In this document: piece by piece, positions 25,501 through 33,871 of the stretch
Layout: the number at the start of each line of letters is the position of its first letter
How positions within the stretch are numbered: the stretch's first letter is position 1
Assembly (NCBI GenBank): GCA_030749075.1
Contig: JASMKR010000009.1
Span: forward strand, 23,296 to 87,295
Source of the DNA: Candidatus Thalassarchaeaceae archaeon
Lineage (GTDB): Archaea > Thermoplasmatota > Poseidoniia > Poseidoniales > Thalassarchaeaceae
Reading direction: 5' to 3'
DNA: 64,000 bases
The notes under the pieces: generated by a model
What the model was told of the DNA's origin: nothing
What the model saw: the letters and a program-made list of their open reading frames with translations, nothing else
The model's database searches: none
Made by a program: the position numbers and the translations under genes

Positions 25501-26295
25501 CGTCGGGAGCCTCCAGTCAGCGTCGGGCTCGAACATCTTCTTGCCGGCACCGAACCTGAGGTAGACCAACGCGCGGAGAATGAGCGCCACCCCGAGCGAT
25601 GCGATCATCATCACCTGTGGCGTCGCCTTTCTCTCTCGGAAACCGCGGTAGACTAGTCGGTCGATGAGGATGCCAGCTATTCCCGTGAGCACGAAAGCTC
25701 CTAGCACCGTCCACAGCAGCAGTGACCACACCAGCACGCCGTCCCCAGGAGCATCGTACAGTGGGAAGAAGTGATCGCTCCAGACCATCACCATGGAAAG
25801 GTACATTCCAGTCATGAACAGCTCGCTCTGGGCGAAGTTCCCGTATCGCTGGACCTTGTAGGTCAGCGTCAGGCCGACTGCTATGGCGAGGTATGTGGAT
25901 GACCATGTCAGCGTGCCCACGCTGATGGACACTAGGTCTAGGGTGATGCGTACGTCGTCCTGAAGTCCCCTGAACAGGAAGTCGAGGGTCATCCAGACGA
26001 TGAGGAGCAGGAAGATGGGTGAGGCGGATATCCCGATCGACCTAGCGTAGCTCTCGGGAACGTCGTCGAACAGGATTTTGACAAGGAAGAACCCCCCCGA
26101 AATCGACTCCACCGCTTGAAGCAGCCAGACCAAGTCGTTCGGGAGCTTTCCTCCTACCACGACGTCCAGCAGGTTGAGCGAGCCGGATTGGTACAACAGG
26201 CCTATGCTCGCATCGAGGATGATGGCTAGGGCAATGACGAGCCTGCGCTCTCCGCGTGAACGGGCAGTCCATTGCTCTCGTATCTCGTCAAGCAA
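22564..26295 (-). CDS. Fused LivH-LivM branched-chain amino-acid ABC permease with N-terminal extension and ~320-aa inter-domain insert
   Basis: LivH-like region: AIAVGLTLTYKVQRYGNFAQSELFMTGMY and RLGRRMRAVADNPDLAASSGINV. LivM-like region: LSIFALMAFSLNLHTGITGMVNFGVIFFVGVGA and GRILKAIREDEDVAQHHGHDV. 1243 aa in one frame. The TTG start is uncertain. Confidence 0.8.
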   Translation of the reverse strand: MLDEIREQWTARSRGERRLVIALAIILDASIGLLYQSGSLNLLDVVVGGKLPNDLVWLLQAVESISGGFFLVKILFDDVPESYARSIGISASPIFLLLIVWMTLDFLFRGLQDDVRITLDLVSISVGTLTWSSTYLAIAVGLTLTYKVQRYGNFAQSELFMTGMYLSMVMVWSDHFFPLYDAPGDGVLVWSLLLWTVLGAFVLTGIAGILIDRLVYRGFRERKATPQVMMIASLGVALILRALVYLRFGAGKKMFEPDADWRLPTLRWDIPTQKMRLNLGVRDLEEGGTYTYGACEQTRVDPVTGEPVLEHIVTEGSKPAWEFYNVANDCVSQYTTGYAYYKGAMPVVIFSSVLLLMVLLRKTRLGRRMRAVADNPDLAASSGINVERIQMTSAFLSAGISGMGGAIFAMTLRFTPETAFTLLLPSFAVIVLGTIGSIEGAIVGALVVGFVRALSSPILIGIGLPLGRSNYTALDGVMPYIFLVAILMIMPEGIGAAYEKWQVDRLRRRAERETEPSRQLGAALAFSPLGALGLHNFQQRKSSRGESMLIVTIAAYFFSRITRFISANSLADGSCSEACVANESVTSNLQLLTGRPDGTLLLEDSPFTINDVPSPPDDLAPFYHSEWIADSFDSLNESWFDLMSSELDFLSTVITLGDIVWPVVPILVWLVALTEGIYLIQGREDDPLDSAIGILDSFTSALMRFRNNSTIALTNSLSPLRDALGGVQSNLRSSVEGATESLKERQTNPFEGTRKWAPYGRESPLGSWALFAALLILLIMFVWWLPVAESDNDRFIKVLQVSNVLVTLSIFALMAFSLNLHTGITGMVNFGVIFFVGVGAITVGILTAPKDLHGYDWPVLWATVAAVILAAGFGWMLAYPTARLRMDYFAIVTISLGEIVRVLLMGEPLLRAGSWGSSIGISRYVLPLQGWWFCGSDPPLKDPLPGPDGILGTADDLIEPFSPDECSDVVGIGSMAERVGDALNLGEAAPYMMLLALIGIVSLVLVWWLLETVLKSPWGRILKAIREDEDVAQHHGHDVLTHKAASLAFGAAIAGLAGALWAWKLTGFQPSFMAPAKSTFLVWAAFVVGGAANNRGMVIGAFIIVLMEFVFNVLVASQGSSDLPLHETSAAVDEFFNWLVAQPWDVAAYFTVIAMLGIVFGWKPLTEVGISGVVVMAFAGVMMGDRSISEAFYGGVILADMAYVKVLMIGCLILFSLKYNPKGLLPEVPSRPPRPGHSGGDSE

Positions 26296-26421
26296 GCCTA
26301 ATCACCGGAGGGACAATCGTCCCTCGCACTAACGCTAGCACTCAGCGGTAATCATTGTTGGGGGCAGCCTCGGCGAGCACGAAGCCCGCCGAGGCGCTTT
26401 ACGTCCCCTTTCCTAATCCGA

Positions 26422-29400
26422 TCAGACGTCGGTGATTCCGCTTACGGAATCCCAGTGCCTGTTGCAGTCGTAGGAGGCCACTCCGTCAGTGACGGTGAAG
26501 TCTCCAACGCAGTAACCCGCACCGCCGACATCGCCGTTCGCATCGAAGGTGTGGATGCCGCTAGCGCCCACGAAGCCTGTCCCGACAGCTGCGATAATCG
26601 CGTTGAGCGGTGTTCCCGGTGGGCTCGAGAGCTGGGTGAAGACCGCGAACATGATGATGAGCAGAGCATCAGCGGTCTCGGCGGTGTAGATGCCACCGGC
26701 GCAGTCGGGCACGGCGCCACAGAGGGCGCCGAAGGCCACGGAGCGCTCGTTGGGCGTGGGCGAGGCCGGCTTGGTAGCGACGACTCCAGCGCACGTTTCG
26801 TTGGATGCCATCGATACGCACAGTCCCTCCTCCGCTATTCCGTCACCGCCGTAGATTGAGCCGGTGAAGCCAGCGGTAGAGAGGTCCTCGATGATCTGCG
26901 CGCCGTCAGCGGCGTACGAGATCAGCACTACGCTGTCACATTCGTTGTCCATCACGGTTTGTACGGCTGAGGTGAAGTCGGTCGTGGTCTCCTCGTAACC
27001 GACGGAAGCGCACAGGAAGTCCGCTCCGCCCCAACCGGCCGTGAAGGCGTCGGCGAATCCTGAGCCGTAGTCGTTGGTCATGTACAGCAGCGCCGGGTTG
27101 GAACTGCCTCCAGCACCCACGACGTCAGACAGGGCGGGGCCCTGCAGGGCGTCGCTGGGAACCACTCGGAAGAAGTCCGGGTAAGCAGTGGCATCGCTTA
27201 GCCCCGGGTTGGTGCTAGCATACGATATCATCGGGATACCAGCGGCTGAGAGGATCGCGTTGGCGCCCATCGAGGCACCGGAGCAGGCTGCTCCAGCGAC
27301 TGCTACCACGCCCGCGTCGACTAGCGTCTGGGCGGCTGTGGAGGCTGTGGTCCCGTCGCATCCGGAGTCGGCCATTACCAGCTCGAACTGGAGGCCGTTG
27401 CCCCAACCTGCGATGTTACCCATCTGCATGGCGATTCCCGCGGCGGCCGTGAAGCCGGGCGCGTAGACCGCGATCGGGCCGGTCATCGGGTTTAGCATAC
27501 CGATCTTGATCGTGGTGCCCGTGAACGGGGAGGCGGCGATCCCGCCCTCCAGAGTCCAGTAGGACATGCAGCCGAAGTACACGTCAGTCGACGAAAGCGC
27601 GTCGAACTGGCAGATGTCGTAGCCAGCTCCGCCGACGTCTCCGGCGGCGGTGAAGGTGTGGGTTCCGCTCGCGCCCGCATAGGCGGTGCCGACCATGTTG
27701 AGGTGGCCCGCCATGTCGTCGTCGTCGTTCATGTTGTGCGCGGCGCCTATCATCATCACCGCGTCGTAGGTCTCGCCCGTGTAGATGCCACCAGCGCAGA
27801 CATCGTCAGCAGTGCAGCGGGCGTTGAAGTCGCCAGCGCTGGATCCAGCACGGGGCTTCGTGGCCTTCACGCCGTTGGCGGCGGCTGGCGCGCTGAAGTC
27901 GTCCAAGAAGGCGGAGTCAGCGATTCCATCAGCGCCGAACACCGGCACTGAGACGCCGAGGACCGCCATCGTCTCGAGGATGGCCGCTCCGTCGGTGGAG
28001 TAGGTGACCATCACTACTGAGCCGCAGTCCGCATCGGCGATTGCCTGCACCTGGGAGGTGAAGGTGGTCGTGGTGTCCTCGTAGCCAATCTTGGTGCACA
28101 GGTTGTCAGTGCCCCATGCGCCCTCGAAGGCGTCTGCAAGACCAGAACCGTAGTCGTTGGTCATGTGCAGAAGAGCCGGGTTGGACGCGCCAGCAGCGGT
28201 GACCATGTCTGCCATGGCCGGCCCCTGGATGGCGTCGCTGGGAACGACTCGCCAGAAGCCCGGGTAGGCCGTGGCGTCGCTCAGGCCGGGGTTGGTGCTC
28301 GCGTAGGAGACCTGTACGATGCCAGCAGCGTTCAGAACCGCGTTGGCGGCCATGGAGGCGCCGGAGCAGGCTGCTCCTGCGACACCGACCACGCCCGCGT
28401 CGACCAGCGTCTGGGCGGCCGTAGCAGCGACGGTTCCGTCGCAGCCGGAGTCGGCCTCGACGAGCTCGAAGTTGCCGCCCGCCGCGTTCAGGTCGTCGAT
28501 CGCCATCTGAGCGGCCACCGTGAAGGGCGGTGCGTAGACGGCAATCGGGCCGGTCAGCGGGTTGAGCAGGCCAATCTTCGTAGTCGCAGCGACGCACGAG
28601 CCGTCGTCGGAGTTGGCGTCGGCGTTGTAGTTGGCTGCGGTCGAGTCGGTGCAGCCCGCGACTACGGGAGGCACGAACATCGGGTTGGCGGTGCCCATGT
28701 AGTGGGCGGCTATCTCGTCAACGATCGCATCCCCCAGATCGATGGAGAAACCGACTGCATTACCATCGGCATCCAGATTCTCGAATGGGGGGTATGATGT
28801 GTCTGAACAGAACTTCAAGTTGCCAGACTCTAGAACCGCAGTCAGCGTGCTACCTTCGGTCGGGGTGGGGTAAGCGGTCGCCGTATCGGCAGTAGTGTCG
28901 TCCACAATTGGTGCTGCTAGATCCCAAGCACCAGCAATCAGGTCGTGCTCGCCGGAGTCTATCACAGCGGTAATGGCTACATTCAGCGCGTCAAGCAACT
29001 CACCGTTGTCCTCTTCTGCCACAGCTATTCCGTAGTTCTCATCGGAGAACACGGCAAGGATAGTTCCTGCTAGAGCTAGGACCGGGGCATCGCCCAGTGC
29101 GTAGTCAGCGTCTCCGTTGGCTACGGCCGCGGTTACGGACGGGAAGTCCGAAAAGGCAACAATCGTCGCAGAACCGAGGTTGTCGGCGGCGTATAGATCC
29201 GAGGTGGTTCCAGACTGCACGGCAACCGTGGTACCAGCGGCATTCAAGTCGCTAACGCTCGTGATTGCCGCGGCTGAGGAGCCTCCGATAACACCCTGGC
29301 TACTGGTGTAGTAGCCCCGGGTGAAGTCGACGACTTCCTCTCTCGCTTCCGTGATGGTCATCGTTGAGAGGATTGCCTCGCACATCGTTCCGTCGTTCAG

Positions 29401-29571
29401 GTTGGGGATGATGGGATCCCAGTCGGAGGTCACGTACACCGCGCTGACATCAGCTGCAGGTGTTATCGCCCACTCCTCCTCGGGCTCATCGTCTCCACCC
29501 AAGCAACCGGCGAACGCTGCCGCCAGCATGCTTAGGGTAAGCATCATTGCTATCATCTTCTTTGCGTACAT
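26422..29571 (-). CDS. Triple-domain solute-binding lipoprotein: one family-3 (polar amino-acid type) domain plus two tandem LivJ/LivK-like type-I domains
   Basis: Lipobox MLAAAFAGCLGG. SBP3-like segments: STMTITEAREEVVDFTRGYY and YPPFENLDADGNAVGFSIDLGDAI. Two LivJ-like units: KIGLLNPLTGPIAVYAP...ADSGCDGTVAATAAQTLVDAGVVGVAGAACSGAS and KIGMLNPMTGPIAVYAP...ADSGCDGTTASTAAQTLVDAGVVAVAGAACSGAS. Confidence 0.8.
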   Translation of the reverse strand: MYAKKMIAMMLTLSMLAAAFAGCLGGDDEPEEEWAITPAADVSAVYVTSDWDPIIPNLNDGTMCEAILSTMTITEAREEVVDFTRGYYTSSQGVIGGSSAAAITSVSDLNAAGTTVAVQSGTTSDLYAADNLGSATIVAFSDFPSVTAAVANGDADYALGDAPVLALAGTILAVFSDENYGIAVAEEDNGELLDALNVAITAVIDSGEHDLIAGAWDLAAPIVDDTTADTATAYPTPTEGSTLTAVLESGNLKFCSDTSYPPFENLDADGNAVGFSIDLGDAIVDEIAAHYMGTANPMFVPPVVAGCTDSTAANYNADANSDDGSCVAATTKIGLLNPLTGPIAVYAPPFTVAAQMAIDDLNAAGGNFELVEADSGCDGTVAATAAQTLVDAGVVGVAGAACSGASMAANAVLNAAGIVQVSYASTNPGLSDATAYPGFWRVVPSDAIQGPAMADMVTAAGASNPALLHMTNDYGSGLADAFEGAWGTDNLCTKIGYEDTTTTFTSQVQAIADADCGSVVMVTYSTDGAAILETMAVLGVSVPVFGADGIADSAFLDDFSAPAAANGVKATKPRAGSSAGDFNARCTADDVCAGGIYTGETYDAVMMIGAAHNMNDDDDMAGHLNMVGTAYAGASGTHTFTAAGDVGGAGYDICQFDALSSTDVYFGCMSYWTLEGGIAASPFTGTTIKIGMLNPMTGPIAVYAPGFTAAAGIAMQMGNIAGWGNGLQFELVMADSGCDGTTASTAAQTLVDAGVVAVAGAACSGASMGANAILSAAGIPMISYASTNPGLSDATAYPDFFRVVPSDALQGPALSDVVGAGGSSNPALLYMTNDYGSGFADAFTAGWGGADFLCASVGYEETTTDFTSAVQTVMDNECDSVVLISYAADGAQIIEDLSTAGFTGSIYGGDGIAEEGLCVSMASNETCAGVVATKPASPTPNERSVAFGALCGAVPDCAGGIYTAETADALLIIMFAVFTQLSSPPGTPLNAIIAAVGTGFVGASGIHTFDANGDVGGAGYCVGDFTVTDGVASYDCNRHWDSVSGITDV
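26425..28590 (-). repeat. Tandem in-frame duplication (~1.08 kb unit) of the LivJ-like domain inside the binding-protein gene
   Basis: Near-identical nucleotide stretches occur 1083 nt apart. For example, gagcaggctgctcc...acgcccgcgtcgac at 27281 matches 28364. The two protein units align over ~360 aa. Confidence 0.8.
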
Positions 29572-29709
29572 AGTGATACACTATCCGTGCCCCTGCGGAC
29601 AGAGAGCACGTTATAGATATTATTGATGTTTTCTTTATAAGTAAAATACGAAATTTCAACTGTTTAAAGCGATTTTGTGTTTTATTCTGAAGGATGGTTG
29701 TCCGAGAGT
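29572..29709. promoter_or_regulatory. AT-rich divergent promoter region (binding-protein/LIV operon leftward, purM rightward)
   Basis: One of the two most AT-rich stretches I noticed: ttatagatattattgatgttttctttataagtaaaatacgaaatttcaactgtttaaagcg. It holds several TATA-box-like elements (tttataag, atatctataa on the minus strand, gtttaaag) at archaeal promoter distances from both starts. Confidence 0.45.
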
Positions 29710-30861
29710 ATGAAGTCTTTGATTTCACTCGCTCGGGTCGTGGACGACCCCATGGACTACGCTTCGAGCGGAGTCGACACCGAGCGTGAGGGACTAGCCG
29801 TAGCCAGTCTGATAGGGGCAGTCGGAGCCTCTGGAAGGCTACCAGGCCAACTTGGGGCCCCCGTTCCACTGCCCGGCGGTTTCGGGGGGGTCGTTGAGTT
29901 CGGTGACTCCTGCTTGGCCTTGGCAACGGACGGAGTCGGATCCAAGCTCCAGATTGCAAACCAACTGGGTCGTCTCGAGGGCGTGGGCATCGATTGCGTA
30001 GCGATGAACGTGAACGACCTGATTTGCGTCGGGGCCGAACCACTGGCATTCGTGGACTATGTCGCCGTACCCCAGACTGAGCCCGGCGTGCATGCAGTTC
30101 TGGGAGCCTCTCTTTCGGAGGGCTGCTCTAGGGCTCGGGTCACCCTTGCTGGAGGGGAGACCGCCACTCTCCCAGGAATAGTCAGTGAGCTCGACCTCTC
30201 TGGCACCGCTCTGGGCTGGTTCCCACGCGGGGGAGGTGTCGCGGGAGATGGTTTGGAGGCGGGAGACGTTCTCATCGGCCTTCCCAGCAGCGGCCTTCAC
30301 TCCAACGGCTACACCCTTGTCAGAGCAGTCTTGGAGAGATCCGGTTGCTCGTTGGAGGGTCCCGCTCCATTCGATGAAGGGCACCCCTCGAGGGAGGTCG
30401 CCCGCTTCCCCGGTTGCAGTGGTGCTGTTTCTCTGGGTGAGGTTCTTCTGAATCCGACTAGGATCTACGTCGACCCGGTTGTTGATCTGATAATGGAATC
30501 GAGGGAGGGGGGGGGCGTTTGCGAGGATGGTAGCATCAAGGCCATAGCCCACATCACCGGAGGGGGACTATCGAATCTGCTGAGGCTCCATGAGTCCCTC
30601 GGTTGGCATATCGCAGAGCCGCTGTCAGCGCAACCAGAGTTCGGGTGGATAGCAGAGGTCGGGTCTGTGGACCGCAAGGAGATGCACCAGACCTTCAACA
30701 TGGGGATGGGGATGGTTGTGGCCGTGTCCGCGACTGCGGCCGGCCGAGTGGCAGGGTGGCTTGAGCAGCGGCTGTCAGGCAGTAGAGTAGTGGGCGAAGT
30801 GGTGGAACAAGGCAGAGTGGTGACCCACGCTGATCCCGAAGTGAGATTCGATAGATACTGA
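29710..30861 (+). CDS. purM: Phosphoribosylformylglycinamidine cyclo-ligase (AIR synthetase)
   Basis: YASSGVDTE, GGFGGVVEF, LALATDGVGSKLQIA, GIDCVAMNVNDLICVGAEPLAFVDY. The start could be ATG 29710 or ATG 29752. Confidence 0.9.
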   Translation: MKSLISLARVVDDPMDYASSGVDTEREGLAVASLIGAVGASGRLPGQLGAPVPLPGGFGGVVEFGDSCLALATDGVGSKLQIANQLGRLEGVGIDCVAMNVNDLICVGAEPLAFVDYVAVPQTEPGVHAVLGASLSEGCSRARVTLAGGETATLPGIVSELDLSGTALGWFPRGGGVAGDGLEAGDVLIGLPSSGLHSNGYTLVRAVLERSGCSLEGPAPFDEGHPSREVARFPGCSGAVSLGEVLLNPTRIYVDPVVDLIMESREGGGVCEDGSIKAIAHITGGGLSNLLRLHESLGWHIAEPLSAQPEFGWIAEVGSVDRKEMHQTFNMGMGMVVAVSATAAGRVAGWLEQRLSGSRVVGEVVEQGRVVTHADPEVRFDRY

Positions 30862-30881
30862 TTCCCTTTCGTCAATGCCTT

Positions 30882-32237
30882 GTGGCATGGGCCCCTCCGC
30901 AAGCCGTGACAGAGGGCGACGCGGACGGATGGCCAGGAGTATTGCACCGCGAGGGGCGCACTCTGATGCGATTACCAATGGCACCAGAGATATCGGGTCT
31001 AGGGCCGGGGACCAAGGGCTCGAGTTCGGTCTTTCACAACCCGGCTATGGCTGGAAGCAGGACCCGCAGTGTGCTCCTGCTGATGCATGCTATCGAGGAG
31101 GGGATGCTCGGGGATGGTGCCATATACGCCCTGGATGGGCTCTCGGCGACCGGCCTGAGGGCACGCAGGTGGCTCAACGAGTTGCCTCCTGACTTGGCCG
31201 AGAGGATGCGCGTCACCATAGTCGACCTGTCTCCTGATGCTCTCGCATGGGCCACGGGGTCGCACGAGGAGTTTCCCCCGACTCACGGTTGCGGCCAACT
31301 CTCATCGGTCGAGGGGGATCTCAGGGGCGTTGTGTTAGAGAGTGGCAGGCATTGGGTCGATGTCGACCCCTACGGATCTCCCGTGCCCTTCATCGACGCT
31401 GTAATCCAGTCTCTGGCCCGAAGCAGTGTAATCGAGGTCAGCGCGACCGATACCGCTGCCCTGACAGGCTCGTCTAGGCGTCCGTTGCTGAGGCGCTATG
31501 GCGCCCGTGTCAGGACGGACAGGCTGGCGCATGACACGGGTCTGAGGGTCATGCTCGCTGTGGTAGCAAGGGCGGCTGCGCGACACGACCGTTCAATAGA
31601 GCCATTGCTCTCTGTTTGGGACTCTCATCACCTCAGGGTCTCCACCCGTGTCATCAGGAGCGTGGGGGCGGCCAACGGGGTGGAGGGTTGCCTAGGATGG
31701 AGGGTGCATGCGCCCTCGAAGGAGGAGGTAGAGGGATCGATGGCATCGGGCCTGCACCACGGAGCCTCGCTTGAGCAGTTGCCGATGGACTGCCTGCTGC
31801 CTCTCGACTATCGGCTGGACCGCAATGATTCGAGAGTCTCCGGCCCGCTCTGGATCGGGGCCATGGGCGAAGCCTCGGCCATGTCCTCGATGACTGCCGA
31901 GCGCGCGATCGAGGCTTGTGGGCCCCCTACTATCGAGGACGGACCCATTGGTTGGACCGAGCGGGACTTCGAGCTCGAACGCAGGCGGGTCGCTAGGAGC
32001 GTTCGAAACATTAGCGAAGAGGCGGGGGCAATCGATACCCACCAGCACATCGTCGTTGACGATTTGGCCGCTTGGCTCGGTGTCGGGGCTCCGCCCAGCC
32101 CCAGAAGAATGGTCGAGGCTCTGCGAGATGCCGGGCACAGGGCTGGGCTGACTCACTACGGGCGACCGTCGTTCAGGACCAATTCCCCATGGGAGGACAT
32201 TGTGGATGCGGCTAAGTCGCTTCAGCCACCGATGTAA
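30882..32237 (+). CDS. trm1: tRNA (guanine26-N2)-dimethyltransferase
   Basis: VFHNPAMAGSRTRSVLLL, VDVDPYGSPVPFIDAVIQS, VSATDTAALTG. GTG start. The 3' end overlaps convergent moaA by 16 nt. Confidence 0.85.
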   Translation: MAWAPPQAVTEGDADGWPGVLHREGRTLMRLPMAPEISGLGPGTKGSSSVFHNPAMAGSRTRSVLLLMHAIEEGMLGDGAIYALDGLSATGLRARRWLNELPPDLAERMRVTIVDLSPDALAWATGSHEEFPPTHGCGQLSSVEGDLRGVVLESGRHWVDVDPYGSPVPFIDAVIQSLARSSVIEVSATDTAALTGSSRRPLLRRYGARVRTDRLAHDTGLRVMLAVVARAAARHDRSIEPLLSVWDSHHLRVSTRVIRSVGAANGVEGCLGWRVHAPSKEEVEGSMASGLHHGASLEQLPMDCLLPLDYRLDRNDSRVSGPLWIGAMGEASAMSSMTAERAIEACGPPTIEDGPIGWTERDFELERRRVARSVRNISEEAGAIDTHQHIVVDDLAAWLGVGAPPSPRRMVEALRDAGHRAGLTHYGRPSFRTNSPWEDIVDAAKSLQPPM

Positions 32238-33220
32238 GACATCTCGATCCGCGGCAGGGACGAGGTCTCCAAAGAGCGCATCTCGCTGTATCTGTCCGTC
32301 CTTCGGCTCCAGACCGCGGCAATGGCGTCGGTCAGGTCTCCGATTTCCCCACCTCCGTGAATTATCGCCCTGAGATCGTGTCCTCCCGAGGCGAATAGGC
32401 ATGTGAAGAGATGCCCGTCGGCGGACAGTCGCGCTCGCACGCATTCACCGCAGAACGGCTTTGAGACTGATGAGATGAATCCTACTTCGCCCGAGCCATC
32501 GGAATGAGTCCACATCGTCGCAACGTCGCTGGTCGATGCCTGTTCGGCGGGAACGAGGTCGAACTCCTTCCGTAGGTCCCTGAGCAGGTTATTCGAGGGA
32601 ACGACCTGCCCGGGGCTCCATCCGTTAGTCCTTCCCACGTCCATGTACTCGATGAACCGTACGATGACACCGGTCCCTCGGAAGTGGCGGACAAGGGCAG
32701 GCACCTCGGACTCATTGATGCCCCGTTGTACGACACAGTTGACCTTGACTGGTCCGAGGTCATTCTCGAGTGCGGCCTCGATGCCCTCGAGCACGGTCTC
32801 TACGGGTATGGCGCTATCGACCATGCTCGCGTGAGTCTGGGGGTCTAGTGCGTCCAAGCTGACCGTCACCCTATCCAAGCCGGACTCTGCGAGCAGCGGT
32901 GCCTGTTCTTTGAGGAGGGAGGCGTTGGTAGTGAGGGCAATCTCGACGCCTAGGGCCGAGAGTCGTTGGACAAGGGCGGGGACTCCTGGTCTCAGAAGGG
33001 GCTCGCCGCCGGTTATTCTGGCCTTGGTCAGGCCCAACGGGAGGCATGCACGAACAAACATTTCAATCTCCTCGAACGATAGCTGGGCCCGGAGGGGGAG
33101 GAACGTGTGATGCTCTCCGAAGCGATCCCGGGGCATACAATATCGGCACCTGAAGTTGCACCGGTCGGTTACGGAGATTCTCAGGTCTCTCAGGGGCCTG
33201 CCCAACCTGTCCTGAATCAT
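32222..33220 (-). CDS. moaA: GTP 3',8-cyclase (molybdenum cofactor biosynthesis, radical SAM)
   Basis: LRISVTDRCNFRCRYCMP (CxxxCxxC), ITGGEPLLRPG, C-terminal FCGECVRARLSADGHLFTCLF. Start trimmed to ATG 33220. Confidence 0.9.
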   Translation of the reverse strand: MIQDRLGRPLRDLRISVTDRCNFRCRYCMPRDRFGEHHTFLPLRAQLSFEEIEMFVRACLPLGLTKARITGGEPLLRPGVPALVQRLSALGVEIALTTNASLLKEQAPLLAESGLDRVTVSLDALDPQTHASMVDSAIPVETVLEGIEAALENDLGPVKVNCVVQRGINESEVPALVRHFRGTGVIVRFIEYMDVGRTNGWSPGQVVPSNNLLRDLRKEFDLVPAEQASTSDVATMWTHSDGSGEVGFISSVSKPFCGECVRARLSADGHLFTCLFASGGHDLRAIIHGGGEIGDLTDAIAAVWSRRTDRYSEMRSLETSSLPRIEMSYIGG

Positions 33221-33297
33221 ATCCCCACGATGTGGTAGATGGTGAAGAGGTTGACTGAAGAGCAAGCAGGTTGAAGTGAGGGCGACTATAGGGCTGG

Positions 33298-33870
33298 ATG
33301 GGTCAAATGCTGGAGATCACTGAGAAGGCAAGGGAGATGCTCGACCAATTCGCTGAGCAGTCTGATAACGAAGGTGATATGGCCCTCAAGGTGGATATCA
33401 TTGGTCGCGGTCCCAAGGGCTTCCAGTATGACCTCCAACTGGTCGACAAGAGCGACGCTCGCGAGGACGACGTAGAGGTAGATATCAGTGGAATGTCAGT
33501 CTTGGTGGGTGCTCGCAGCGCTCCCTATCTTGACGGTACCACACTCGACTACAAGGAGACTCTGATGGGTGGTGGATTCAGCTTTGATAATCCAAACCCC
33601 ATGTGGATCGACGACTTGTCGAAGACGGTCGCAGAGGTCATCGAAGAGCAGGTCAATCCGGTGGTGGCCACGCATGGAGGGCGCGTTGATCTGCTGGGTG
33701 TCGATGATGGCAAAGCTATCATCGCGTTCGGGGGCGGGTGCCAAGGTTGTGGCATGGTCGATGTAACTCTCAAGCAGGGCGTCGAGGTCATGATCACGGA
33801 GGGTGTTCCCGAAGTCATCGAAGTCATCGACGCCACGGATCACGCAGCGGGGACCAACCCCTTCTACTAG
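33298..33870 (+). CDS. nfuA: NfuA-type Fe-S cluster carrier (degenerate A-type N-domain plus Nfu C-domain)
   Basis: N-terminal HesB/IscA-like LKVDIIGRGPKGFQYDLQLVD. C-terminal VATHGGRVDLLGVDDGKAIIAFGGGCQGCGMVDVTLK (CxxC). Confidence 0.8.
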   Translation: MGQMLEITEKAREMLDQFAEQSDNEGDMALKVDIIGRGPKGFQYDLQLVDKSDAREDDVEVDISGMSVLVGARSAPYLDGTTLDYKETLMGGGFSFDNPNPMWIDDLSKTVAEVIEEQVNPVVATHGGRVDLLGVDDGKAIIAFGGGCQGCGMVDVTLKQGVEVMITEGVPEVIEVIDATDHAAGTNPFY

Positions 33871-33871
33871 C

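Noticed and set aside
29572-29709. AT-rich tract as a replication-origin unwinding element
   Set aside because: There are no ORB-like repeats around it and no orc1/cdc6 nearby. Its position between two divergent gene starts, with TATA-like boxes at promoter distance, is fully explained as a bidirectional promoter.
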